A stretch of 43,987 bases of DNA from a virus (IMGVR_UViG_3300038829_000010:1-43987); one strand, 5' to 3'; positions 25,938 through 35,059 are shown, counted from the first letter of the stretch. The notes: generated by a model from the letters alone, not told the origin. Numbers and translations: made by a program.

Positions 25938-26473
25938 GCTAGTGGCATCCTGCGGTTGCGGTTTAGCATGCTGGAGAACAGCGCGGCGCGTTCCGCACCG
26001 TGGTTTAACGCGGTGCGGCTTGTGTCGCCGATAGTGTTCGAGCTCGTTGCATCGTACGCCGCATCGAGTCTAACAAGATCGACTAATAGCTTCTCACGTG
26101 CGGCCAGTTCACCCGCCGCGCCGCCATAGGGTACGGCCACTATGGTGACTTCGCCGCTCCACACTAGGGCGGGGTACGTTGCCCCTTGCGCGCGGTGCAG
26201 GCTGAACCCGTTTGAATCCAGCCGGTAGTCGTCTGTGCCTAGGGTGTAGTTCGTCTCACCGATTCGTTCAACGACCGAGGTGATAGCGGACGCCCGACGG
26301 GTTAGGGGAAGTGCTGGCAGACCTCCACCCGGCAAAACATCCGTATGCGTAGCAAGCACACCTAGACGGTCGATGATCTCCTGGTCGGCGTTGTCAATCA
26401 GCCGGTCCAGGGCATCGTCAACGAGGTCCGTCTCAACGTGTTCCCGAACCTCGTCAGTCGTTAGGATAGCCAT
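25934..26473 (-). CDS. Head-tail adaptor protein
   Basis: LTTDEVREH...DDALDRLIDNA..EI pattern. Confidence 0.8.
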   Translation of the reverse strand: MAILTTDEVREHVETDLVDDALDRLIDNADQEIIDRLGVLATHTDVLPGGGLPALPLTRRASAITSVVERIGETNYTLGTDDYRLDSNGFSLHRAQGATYPALVWSGEVTIVAVPYGGAAGELAAREKLLVDLVRLDAAYDATSSNTIGDTSRTALNHGAERAALFSSMLNRNRRMPLA

Positions 26474-26476
26474 TAC

Positions 26477-26710
26477 TTAATCCTCTTTCTTCGCGCTCTT
26501 CGCTTTGACCAAACCGAGGGCTTCCGCGCGGGCGAGTTCGATTTCAGAGCCGATCCCGCCGAGCAGGAACACGTTGTCTTTGTGGTCCTTGCCGGCCAGG
26601 CACTCTTTTCCGGTCTTCGGGTCCACGTAAACCGAAAGCCGCTCCGTCAACTTAAACTTCGTCATGTGACCTCCTTCCTTCTTGCTAACGTACCGAAGCT
26701 CGATAGCCAT
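26477..26710 (-). CDS. Small head-module protein
   Basis: Position before the adaptor; ARAEALGLVK with a Lys-rich tail. Confidence 0.6.
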   Translation of the reverse strand: MAIELRYVSKKEGGHMTKFKLTERLSVYVDPKTGKECLAGKDHKDNVFLLGGIGSEIELARAEALGLVKAKSAKKED

Positions 26711-28326
26711 TAGCCTTTTTTCCCGGACGCAATTGCCGCCCGAAGATCGTTGATGTCTTTGTCCGCGAAGCTGACTTGGTCGGCGTCACCGAGCTGTTCT
26801 GCGGTGTTACGCCGGCGCCACATAAGTATTTCAAACGTAGGTGCAAGCTCCTGGGCGCGGTTAAAAGACTCTAAAGCGATGCGCGGGCTGATGTCCCGGT
26901 AACCGGCAATGTAGCCGACAAGAATCTGCTTACCGAGAAGCTCATGCGCGTATGAATCCTCCGGGTGACGGGCCACGGCGTCGACGGCCAGTTGGCGCCC
27001 CGCAAGGGCTAGCGGCCGGCGTTGCTCGAGCGGCATGTACGGGATCAGCCGCATCAAAGAATCAACCTGACGGCAGGAGTAGAACATCTCCCACGGATTT
27101 AATTCCGCGGCGCGTTGGAACTCCATTGCTGAAAGCTGGACATCGTTATTATTTACGCCGGCCTTGGCATAGTGGTAATCAGCTAACGTCAGCCGGCTGA
27201 CACTAGCAAACACCACGAGTGCGGCGAGTGCTGGGCCAATGCGTCGCTGGGCTATTACCTGGACCCGCGCCGATGCAACACCGAACAGCACCGCGAGCAT
27301 CACGAACGCTGATTGTGTCACAGGGTTAAACGCCGACAGCGCAACATAAGCCGCTAGTAGACCTAGCAAGAACTTCCTCTCCGGATGGTTTAACGCAACA
27401 CGGAGCATTGAGTAGCCTAGGAACAGGTAAGCCGCAAGCCCGATAAGACCCATCGTCGCAAGGACGTGGAGGATGTCATTATGTGCGTGAGCCTGGACGT
27501 ATTGCGAGCCGGCAACGTCAACGAGGTTCCAGTTCGCGTAGCGGCGGAACGCGAGATAGAACGTCCCATTACCGTATCCGGTAAGCGGGTTATCCCTGAA
27601 CACGGCAAGCGCGATCTTCCAAACCTCCATCCTAGCAAGGTCGGAAATCGCTGAATGGAAGAACCTCGGCATCAAAACAACCGCCGGAATCGCGACCCAC
27701 ACCGCACCACGGAACATGAACGCCACACCTAGGCCGGTTGCCAGTACCGCGCCGCGCGTCTGGGTGTACCATAAGCACCACAGGGCTAAAGGTAGTGCGA
27801 TTTGAGCGAGCCGGTCGCCCTTGCGTGCCAGGTGTGCCGCGCACAGGGCCGCAACCGCAAGCACCGCGCCTAGGAAGATGGGCCCACCCTGGGTCGACGC
27901 TACCCGCGCGCCGCTATGCAGGTCGACCCAGATAAGCGGGTCGTGGAAATGCCGCTGAAGGATACCGTAGACTGAAACCGGGATTGACGCGACGGTTATC
28001 GTGCGCGCCGCGTTATCGACGCTCATACCGGAACGTCCAGCGGCAAGTAATACCGCAAAATAGCAAGCGATTGCGAGGAGAGAGTCCATCCCAAATTGGT
28101 ACGAACCGATGATCGAATAGAAACGGTCATGACCGTATAAAGCCGACACCATCGCCGCCGCTACCATCGCAAACGCGGGTGCTTCCAGCGTCGTCTCTTT
28201 GTTGCTCTTCATAAGCAACAGGCATGCGGCGCCAAGCGCCACTAGCAACAGGCGCGGCGTCATGTACGGGTCAGCGATCTGGGGGATGAACGTAAGCATC
28301 GCCCCCGCTATCATCAACGCGATCAT
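26710..28326 (-). CDS. O-antigen ligase / O-oligosaccharyltransferase-like (Wzy_C) polytopic membrane protein with TPR-like C-terminus
   Basis: Many TM segments; RVAST.G.P, TQTRGA, RMEVWKIAL..FRDNPLTGYG.GTF and HAHNDILHVLATMGLIG motifs; helical tail (AAELNP, AVARHP, AQELAP). Confidence 0.9.
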   Translation of the reverse strand: MIALMIAGAMLTFIPQIADPYMTPRLLLVALGAACLLLMKSNKETTLEAPAFAMVAAAMVSALYGHDRFYSIIGSYQFGMDSLLAIACYFAVLLAAGRSGMSVDNAARTITVASIPVSVYGILQRHFHDPLIWVDLHSGARVASTQGGPIFLGAVLAVAALCAAHLARKGDRLAQIALPLALWCLWYTQTRGAVLATGLGVAFMFRGAVWVAIPAVVLMPRFFHSAISDLARMEVWKIALAVFRDNPLTGYGNGTFYLAFRRYANWNLVDVAGSQYVQAHAHNDILHVLATMGLIGLAAYLFLGYSMLRVALNHPERKFLLGLLAAYVALSAFNPVTQSAFVMLAVLFGVASARVQVIAQRRIGPALAALVVFASVSRLTLADYHYAKAGVNNNDVQLSAMEFQRAAELNPWEMFYSCRQVDSLMRLIPYMPLEQRRPLALAGRQLAVDAVARHPEDSYAHELLGKQILVGYIAGYRDISPRIALESFNRAQELAPTFEILMWRRRNTAEQLGDADQVSFADKDINDLRAAIASGKKG

Positions 28327-28415
28327 TCTGGCTCCTGTGTCACGGCTTCGCTGAACTTACAGATCGACCATGCGACGTATCCAACGACCGTCGCCGCCAC
28401 CACTAAGTAAATCAT
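28323..28415 (-). CDS. 30 aa single-TM peptide
   Basis: MIYLVVAATVVGYVAWSICKFSEAVTQEPE; ATGA overlaps on both sides. Confidence 0.55.
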   Translation of the reverse strand: MIYLVVAATVVGYVAWSICKFSEAVTQEPE

Positions 28416-28537
28416 TTAATCGGCCCCGCCAGTACCCACGCTAACCCGACCACGAACAGCACGCCGGCGATGAACCCGCAAATCGCGCCCCGCGCCCACT
28501 GGTCGAGTTCCATCCGTTTCATCCTCGCGTACTCCAT
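28412..28537 (-). CDS. 41 aa single-TM peptide
   Basis: ...WARGAICGFIAGVLFVVGLAWVLAGPIK; ATGA overlap downstream. Confidence 0.55.
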   Translation of the reverse strand: MEYARMKRMELDQWARGAICGFIAGVLFVVGLAWVLAGPIK

Positions 28538-28551
28538 GTCCGGGACCCCCG

Positions 28552-28583
28552 ACCCGGCTCCGCCGTTCAAGACGGAGCCGGGT
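28552..28583. terminator. 11 bp stem-loop after the secreted protein gene
   Basis: ACCCGGCTCCG-N10-CGGAGCCGGGT; no minus-strand U-tract. Confidence 0.45.
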
Positions 28584-28597
28584 TTCATGGGATCAGC

Positions 28598-29101
28598 TTA
28601 GGGGTTCAGCCCGTTGCTGTAATGCCAGTACAGGACGGTCGAGTGCGTCGCCGCCGACTGCACGCCGAGCAGGCCGTTCACGAACTTGACGGGACCGCCC
28701 GCATCCAATCGGGCCGTGAAGCACCGAGTGGGAAACGCCGCGAGCGCCACGGTATCCGACTCCGAGAACACCATGGGGGTCAGCACGAGGCTGTCCGAGT
28801 TTGTCACCGAGCGCGTGCCAGCGATACCGGAGTCAAGCGCCAGGGAATACCCCGTCGCCAGACCGCCGTCAACGCAGACCGCGTCGAGGAAACCCTCGCC
28901 GCTCTTGCACAGGACCGCCGTGGTGCTGTCCGACACCCGACACGGCTTGACGCCGTAGAAGTCGAGGTTCGGGTGGAGACCGCCGAAATTCCCGCCCACT
29001 TGCGGCGGGGTGTTCTCGGACTCCGCATACGCGGACACGACCGGGGCGAACGCCAGCGCGAGGGCCAGCGCCGCTCCGCACAGCATCTTGAGCTTCTTCA
29101 T
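28598..29101 (-). CDS. Putative head decoration-like protein with Sec signal peptide
   Basis: Directly after the major capsid gene, with strong AGGAGG RBS. MKKLKMLCGAALALALAFAPVVSAYA|ES; four Cys in the mature part. Confidence 0.7.
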   Translation of the reverse strand: MKKLKMLCGAALALALAFAPVVSAYAESENTPPQVGGNFGGLHPNLDFYGVKPCRVSDSTTAVLCKSGEGFLDAVCVDGGLATGYSLALDSGIAGTRSVTNSDSLVLTPMVFSESDTVALAAFPTRCFTARLDAGGPVKFVNGLLGVQSAATHSTVLYWHYSNGLNP

Positions 29102-29137
29102 TTGAATCCTCCTAACTTTTCCTTTGGAGCGACTGCC

Positions 29138-29170
29138 CGTCCGGGGCTCAGCTTCCGCCTGCCCCGGACG
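29138..29170. promoter_or_regulatory. Stem-loop after the capsid gene (mRNA stability or attenuation)
   Basis: CGTCCGGGGC-N13-GCCCCGGACG. Confidence 0.45.
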
Positions 29171-29188
29171 AGCCTACTGCGCCCTTGC

Positions 29189-30445
29189 TTAGAGGGTCAC
29201 GTCCACGAACGCCGCCGCGCGGTAGATCACGAACGCCGCCCGCATCGTTGCGCTCATCGCGACCTTCCCATAGATGAAGTAGTCGGAATGTGCGTCGGTG
29301 ATCTTCACGACGATCCCGCGCTTCTCCGCCAGCTCCGAGTACGAGAAGTCACCGACGATCGCATGACCGGCGGCGATGATGTCCGACTGCGCGATGGGGA
29401 GACCCCAAATGCGCTCCGGTCCGGCTTCGGCGGGATGGCCCCAAACGTAGGCACCATCGTTCGTCTTCATCAGCCGGATCGTCTCGAAGTCCTCCGGGTT
29501 GATGATGATGCCGGACGGGTTAGCCCGGCCGGTGACGCGAACCAAGCGCATCGCGCGGTACAACGCGTCGACGGGCTTGTAGCCCGCGACGGACGAGCGC
29601 GCGAACGTCTGGATCGACGCCTTGTTGAGGATGCCGGTCATGTTAGGCGGCGTTCCGTTTCCGTTGATGATCTGCGAATCCAAGCGACGGCGCAGGGACA
29701 TCGGGAGGCGGTTGTTCACGTACCCGCGCACCTGGGGAACGTCCTCCAACTGCTCCTCGGTGAGGGGGAGCCAAGCGGCGATCTTGCGCACCGTCTCTGA
29801 CCGCTCGGTCAGCGCGTATGCGTTCTCGCCGTAAGCACCGGAACCTTCCGTGGCTTCAGCGGCGTTCTCGGTCAGCGTGGTCTCTTCCATGTACACGACC
29901 GCGGCCTGACTGGTCTGGCCGGCCGGGATCAGGTCGGTGACCTGGATGGGACGAGCGGCCTTGTCGACGAGCTTGCCGGTGCGCAGGGTCTCGGGAACCC
30001 AGGCAGTCGTGTCCATCAGCGTCTTCATGCTGACGCCAAGGGAAAGGTCAACTTCCTTGTTCATGAGGGCCTTGAGCCGTCCGCCCGCATTGTCCTCATT
30101 GGCGCCGATACCGGCGTGCTTGATCAGCGCGTCGCCGACCGTCATCTCGCCTTTGCGCTCTTCCTGCTCCGAGCCATTGCCCGGATGGTTGATCTTTGCG
30201 ATCAGGTTCCGCTTCTCGTACGCTTCCTTCGCGGAGATGTTCGACCGCTCCTCGTCCGCTTCCTTTTGGATCGCCGCGCACTCGTCGTTGACGGCGCGGA
30301 ACGCCGCGGACTTCTCGTTGTCGGAACCGGAGACTTCAGTCACCTTCTTGAAGTCCAGATCGGGACCGGCTTGCTCCAGAATCTTGCCCATCTTCTCCTG
30401 GCTCTTGGCCAGCTTTTCTTGTAGCGCCTTCAGTTTCACACTCAT
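29189..30445 (-). CDS. HK97-fold major capsid protein
   Basis: Coiled-coil delta domain; IAAWLPLTEEQLED, IINGNG, IIINPED, IWGLPI and IVGDFS motifs. Confidence 0.97.
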   Translation of the reverse strand: MSVKLKALQEKLAKSQEKMGKILEQAGPDLDFKKVTEVSGSDNEKSAAFRAVNDECAAIQKEADEERSNISAKEAYEKRNLIAKINHPGNGSEQEERKGEMTVGDALIKHAGIGANEDNAGGRLKALMNKEVDLSLGVSMKTLMDTTAWVPETLRTGKLVDKAARPIQVTDLIPAGQTSQAAVVYMEETTLTENAAEATEGSGAYGENAYALTERSETVRKIAAWLPLTEEQLEDVPQVRGYVNNRLPMSLRRRLDSQIINGNGTPPNMTGILNKASIQTFARSSVAGYKPVDALYRAMRLVRVTGRANPSGIIINPEDFETIRLMKTNDGAYVWGHPAEAGPERIWGLPIAQSDIIAAGHAIVGDFSYSELAEKRGIVVKITDAHSDYFIYGKVAMSATMRAAFVIYRAAAFVDVTL

Positions 30446-30461
30446 TGCCGCCTCCTTGAGT

Positions 30462-31247
30462 CTATTTTAACCCGGCGCGGACTTTCGTCATGCGCACGAG
30501 TTCACGACGCGCTTCGGTCTCTTCGGCGCTGGGTTCCTTGGTCACGGCAGGCGCGACCACGATCAGCGACGTCATTTCCTTGGCGTACTGCTGGAAGGAA
30601 TCGGCCAATGCGGCAAGCCTCTCCCTGTTAGGCGCGGACAGTTCGCGCCCCTCCTTCTCGCGGAGGGCGGCAAGCGCCTTCGCACGTTCGACGAGGCCAT
30701 CGGCCGCATCTAGTACGGCTTGTGACTCGTCAACGAAAGTCTTCCCAGCGGCCTTCGCTGAGATGGTGCCGGTCTTCTCGCCCGCGCCTACCAGGACGGG
30801 GCTCACTTCCCAAATCTTCGAGCCGGGCGTACCGTCCTCGCGAGGCTGGAGGATACGGCCCTGACGACCAAGGCCCTCGCCCATGCGTGAGCCGCCTTCC
30901 AACACCTTGAAGCCGTAAGAGTATTCCTGGATCGGCTTGCCAACTTTTAAGTCGAACTTAATAGCTGAGAGCCAGTCCTTCGCGCTCTGGAGCTCGAGGT
31001 TCATCTGGATATCGGCGATGGCCTGGTTGCCTTCCTCGCGGGTCTTACCCTTACCTAGCGGGACGTGTGACCAGTCGTGCGTCGGGAGGAGCGCGACGTC
31101 CTGCTCGCCGTAGAAGCCGGGCATGGCCATGTCGCCATCCTTGTCCCAGACTCCCATCGTCGCGAACACGACGGAGATCATCCCCTTCGCGAGCTTCTCT
31201 TCGGTCAGGGACTTCAGGTCCAACTGAAACGACTTAAAAATTAGCAT
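30462..31247 (-). CDS. HK97-family prohead protease
   Basis: DKDGD, HDW..VPLGK, EYSYGF and WEVSPVLVGA motifs; AGGAGG RBS. Confidence 0.92.
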   Translation of the reverse strand: MLIFKSFQLDLKSLTEEKLAKGMISVVFATMGVWDKDGDMAMPGFYGEQDVALLPTHDWSHVPLGKGKTREEGNQAIADIQMNLELQSAKDWLSAIKFDLKVGKPIQEYSYGFKVLEGGSRMGEGLGRQGRILQPREDGTPGSKIWEVSPVLVGAGEKTGTISAKAAGKTFVDESQAVLDAADGLVERAKALAALREKEGRELSAPNRERLAALADSFQQYAKEMTSLIVVAPAVTKEPSAEETEARRELVRMTKVRAGLK

Positions 31248-31254
31248 ATGCCTC

Positions 31255-33327
31255 CTATACGTTAAAGACGGGTACGATGTCCCGAGTACCGTTCGGGTGT
31301 TCGGCGGCGAGCATTCCCTCGGCACTGTTGAAGTCCATCACCTGCCCGTTCGCTTCCTCACAGTCGTCGTCCGTGGGACCGAGCCGGCCATCAATGATCA
31401 TTACTTGGTCAATACCTTGAGCGGAGCGGTACGCCACGAGGGACGATTCCGTCTGTGCGATGTGTGTTTCGGTTCGGGCAATAAGCCGCGCCCGAGTTTC
31501 AGAGTCGTTGAAGCGGCCAGCGGGTACGGCGTCGGCTAGGTCCTTGGCAATCGAGTCCGAGTTCCGGCCCTCGGCCCGACCTTCCTGGATGATCTTCAGC
31601 GCCTTGTCGCGGGCTTGCGTGGTCATGTCGAGTAGGCCGGCCTGTGAGCCGCCCTTCGCCAAAAGTTTCAACTCATTCATGTCGACCGCGCTGACGTCGA
31701 GTCCCATGGCCCCGAGCACCTTGTTCGTCTGCCGATAGACCGCGACATAATGGGTTCCGTAGATGCCGCGGACTTCCTGGCGCAGGCGGTTGACATTCAT
31801 TGAACCGAATACGAGCTCGACTGCGACTTCGTCCTCGGCCGACTTACGGCTGGATGCCAGGTAGGCTTCTGCCGCGGCCTTGCCCATGTCCTTAAAGAAC
31901 TCCTTCATCCGCCGCTCGAGCGTAACCTCGGAGGAAGCCTTAATCTTGTCCATTGCCCGCAGGATGTCAGTCTGCCGGCGCGACATGCGGTGCTTGATTG
32001 CCTTCTTGGCTGGCGGTACTGCCGGGGGCGCGGCAGGGACCGGGAGGCCGGTAGCCGGGTCAAGCTGGACCTCGGGGAGCGGGTCGGGTTCGGGAGCGCC
32101 CGGTCCCTCTAAGGTAATACCGCTCGGCATCAAATAGACTTCGTCTTCCGGCTGAACGTCTAGGTGTAGGCGCTTACGGGCCTCGGAGCGCATCATCAGT
32201 GCGGCCGTGGTCAGCTTAGCCAGGTACTCGGCTTCCTTGTTGCGGTCGTCCTGTAGCGCGCGGACGCGGTCGCGGTCGAAGCTCACACGCTGGTTATCCT
32301 TGAGCTTGAAATCCAACGCGAGTGAGCGGGTAAGCTCACCGGCTAGCAAGTCCTGGTTCGGGATCAGGCAGTCCACCCAGGCAATGCGGTGTAGCTCCAT
32401 TAGGGTCGCACCCACCGCGGTCTGCTCCATGCCTGAGCCGAAGCCCACCACTGCCGCGGGTAGGCCCATGGTCGCACACACCCGTTCCTCGGACACGTTA
32501 CGGACCACGGAGAGATTCATCTTGTTCGGGTCGTAGCCGAACTCCTTGACCTCGGTCGGTGCGCCAAGGGCCAGCGGTTCGCCGCGCTTGGAGCGTCCGA
32601 ACATCACCTTAATGTATTCCTTGGTCGCCTGTAAGTCGCCGGTGCTTGCACCTTGACCTTCCTTCGGGCTAATGATGACGCCCGGCACGCCACCGTTAAG
32701 GAGTAGGGCGGCGACGAAGTTGGCCGACTCATCATCGTTAAAGATTTCACGCAGGAGAATCTTCATCGTCGCTAGGCCCTTACGCACGTTGCGGGGGTCG
32801 ACACCGTGGCGCAGGTGGACGACCTCGCTCGGGAGGATTTCCTGGTTCGCCGCTCCGCCTGGATTGTAGCAGTAGTAAGAGATGAAGTCCGTGAGGTCTC
32901 CTTCCTTCGACTTCGGCTCCATCATCCAATGCGGAACGTACCACAACTGACGCACCGCACCTGAACCGTCGCGCGCCTTCAGGAAGTACACGTTACCATC
33001 CGTAAACCAAGAGATCATGATAGCCAGCATCATCGCGGGGCCAGAGTAGAACGGGTTCGGTGAGCGTAGGAGCTTCGACAGCTCGTGGTCGAAGTCCATC
33101 TTCGCGTTGTCCTTAGTCTCAGTAAGGACTCCCATCTTCGCCTCGAGCGATGCGCGCCATATCCACAGGATCGGCGCCATCAAAACGTTGGAGCCCTGCC
33201 CGTCGCCGACGTGGGACGCGAAGTCGATCTTCGTATTCGGGAGAACGAAGTTCAGCCAGTCCCATTGCCTAGGATGTGTCACGGATGTCGCGATCTTGTT
33301 GCGTACCGCCTTGATCCATCCAAACAT
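31255..33327 (-). CDS. HK97-type portal protein fused to a Mu gpF / SPP1 gp7-like domain
   Basis: LLRSPNP, GNVY, EVVHLRH and NGGVPGVII portal motifs; C-terminal ARLIARTE...C...NGQ...HPNGTR. Confidence 0.9.
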   Translation of the reverse strand: MFGWIKAVRNKIATSVTHPRQWDWLNFVLPNTKIDFASHVGDGQGSNVLMAPILWIWRASLEAKMGVLTETKDNAKMDFDHELSKLLRSPNPFYSGPAMMLAIMISWFTDGNVYFLKARDGSGAVRQLWYVPHWMMEPKSKEGDLTDFISYYCYNPGGAANQEILPSEVVHLRHGVDPRNVRKGLATMKILLREIFNDDESANFVAALLLNGGVPGVIISPKEGQGASTGDLQATKEYIKVMFGRSKRGEPLALGAPTEVKEFGYDPNKMNLSVVRNVSEERVCATMGLPAAVVGFGSGMEQTAVGATLMELHRIAWVDCLIPNQDLLAGELTRSLALDFKLKDNQRVSFDRDRVRALQDDRNKEAEYLAKLTTAALMMRSEARKRLHLDVQPEDEVYLMPSGITLEGPGAPEPDPLPEVQLDPATGLPVPAAPPAVPPAKKAIKHRMSRRQTDILRAMDKIKASSEVTLERRMKEFFKDMGKAAAEAYLASSRKSAEDEVAVELVFGSMNVNRLRQEVRGIYGTHYVAVYRQTNKVLGAMGLDVSAVDMNELKLLAKGGSQAGLLDMTTQARDKALKIIQEGRAEGRNSDSIAKDLADAVPAGRFNDSETRARLIARTETHIAQTESSLVAYRSAQGIDQVMIIDGRLGPTDDDCEEANGQVMDFNSAEGMLAAEHPNGTRDIVPVFNV

Positions 33328-34577
33328 TAGACCGGCCTCCATCGGGGGCGCCCGGCCGCAACGGAGCTACACGCAACAGCTAAAGCGAGCGCGCATACCG
33401 CGTCGTCGTGCATGCCGGGGGGTGCGGAGTAGCGAACTCCGGTCGACCGCCCGTCTCTACCCGTATACTCGTATTCAAACGCTTCGAGCTCCTGCACCAG
33501 AATGCCGGAGGTATACGCGATCTTGCCTTGCTGGATAACGACTGCGAGCCCTTCCATGAGCTTCTGTTTGGACTCGGAGGAAAACTTGTAGCCCTCGTAA
33601 TTCCCGGTACGGCCGTTCTCTCCACGCTGGAGGTTCTCTACAATAGGATCGCCGACGCCTGTGCTGTCGACAAAAGCCGGGACAGCGCCGACCATGTTGC
33701 GGACTCGGCGGATGGTCTCGGTCCAGGGAGCTTGGAAGCGGTCGAAGCGGCAGACGTGGCCATTCTCATCTAGCCCAGTGATGACCGTCCAGTCTACGGA
33801 CTTCGCAAGGTCCACGCCGAAGGAGATGGGAGGAAGCGGAGACATTACCGGGCAGATGTTGGCGCGGATAGCGGCAATGCCGAACGGGTTGCCAGTGTCG
33901 TCGGACGGCTCAGCCTCGAACAGCTCCCGGAACACGTTCGCGGGTAGGTCGCGCCGGGCTTGTTCGACTTCGTCAGCGTTGATAATACCTGCCGCGACAC
34001 CGTCCTTCCATGTGATCTTCGTGTACTTATGTCCCTTCTCCCCAGCCTGGGCCTTGCGGCACAACTGGAAGAACCAGTTCTTGCGGCCCTTAACGTTGCC
34101 AATGATCCGCACAGGGCCATTCGTGGAGGTAAGCGTGGACCGGCAGGCGTGCCACGCGTCCTCGCGTAGGCGGGAAGCCTCGTCAATCACCATGGCATAG
34201 ACGTCTTCACCGTAAAGGTTATCCGGCTTCTCCCCGGTCTTAAACCATATCACCGCGCCATTGGCGAGCGTGATCGACATCTCAGAATCGTTCGTGGTCC
34301 TAAGGGAATTGGGGATCGCGGCCTTAAGGCGACGATACGCAATCGCGGCCTGCGAGTAGACCGGGGCGACCCACCAGAAATTGCGGCCCTTCTTTCCTTT
34401 AGTGGCCGCTTGCTCGAACAGCCACGCAAGGCAACCGTGGGTCTTGCCGCTCTTCGTTGTTGCTTCGACCTCGGCGTACCGCTCTGGGCAGAAGATGGCG
34501 TCTAGCTGATATTTGGTGAGCGGGGGGCGGACGTACTGGACAGTGCCGCCCAGCTTCTGCTTGGTCGAGGCGCTCAG
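33327..34577 (-). CDS. terL: Terminase large subunit (non-canonical start, probably CTG 34577)
   Basis: The frame is open upstream of ATG 34280 and contains Walker A ATTKSGKT and WVAPVYSQA. Also VIDEA, GVDLA, DSTGVGD and HDDAV motifs. Confidence 0.92.
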   Translation of the reverse strand: MSASTKQKLGGTVQYVRPPLTKYQLDAIFCPERYAEVEATTKSGKTHGCLAWLFEQAATKGKKGRNFWWVAPVYSQAAIAYRRLKAAIPNSLRTTNDSEMSITLANGAVIWFKTGEKPDNLYGEDVYAMVIDEASRLREDAWHACRSTLTSTNGPVRIIGNVKGRKNWFFQLCRKAQAGEKGHKYTKITWKDGVAAGIINADEVEQARRDLPANVFRELFEAEPSDDTGNPFGIAAIRANICPVMSPLPPISFGVDLAKSVDWTVITGLDENGHVCRFDRFQAPWTETIRRVRNMVGAVPAFVDSTGVGDPIVENLQRGENGRTGNYEGYKFSSESKQKLMEGLAVVIQQGKIAYTSGILVQELEAFEYEYTGRDGRSTGVRYSAPPGMHDDAVCALALAVACSSVAAGRPRWRPV

Positions 34578-35014
34578 GACGCGCCCCCCGCATCACCGAG
34601 ACTGAGACTGAAGGTAATTGTTTGACCATCTTTACCTTCGACTGAACCCTTGACAGCGGGACGGTAGATCGCAGGGCGCTTGGCGTTGAGGAGGAAAACG
34701 GTTAGAAGATCGGAAGGCGCTTTGATGCCGATACCGATGGCGCGTTCGTTGGCCGACTGCTCGAGGCGTTGGACTTGAGCTTCGATTGCGTCGTTGATTG
34801 CCTCTGCGTATGCCTTATCATTGCGCATCCAATCATAATGACAAGTCGGGTCCACGCTGGCGATCTCGCATGCCTTCTTGACCGTGAACACTTCGTAGCG
34901 GAGCATCGCTTTAATAACGCGAGCTTTCCGTCGGTCCATGCGCTTGATGACGCTAAGAGGAGGTCCCTTTTTAGGTGTAGGGACAGGGGGGACGTGCGTA
35001 TCCTTCGGGACCAT
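34574..35014 (-). CDS. terS: Terminase small subunit
   Basis: HTH-like VKKACEIASVD...YDW, LEQ.A.ERA and SDLLTVFLLNAKRP..YR; upstream of terL. Confidence 0.8.
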   Translation of the reverse strand: MVPKDTHVPPVPTPKKGPPLSVIKRMDRRKARVIKAMLRYEVFTVKKACEIASVDPTCHYDWMRNDKAYAEAINDAIEAQVQRLEQSANERAIGIGIKAPSDLLTVFLLNAKRPAIYRPAVKGSVEGKDGQTITFSLSLGDAGGAS

Positions 35015-35020
35015 GCCGGG

Positions 35021-35029
35021 AGTATAACA
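35021..35029 (-). promoter_or_regulatory. Extended -10 leaderless promoter for the late operon
   Basis: TGT-TATACT-N6-ATG(35014); no consensus -35. Confidence 0.6.
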
Positions 35030-35059
35030 GGTCCACCCCCGGCACCGGCTGGTTATCTG

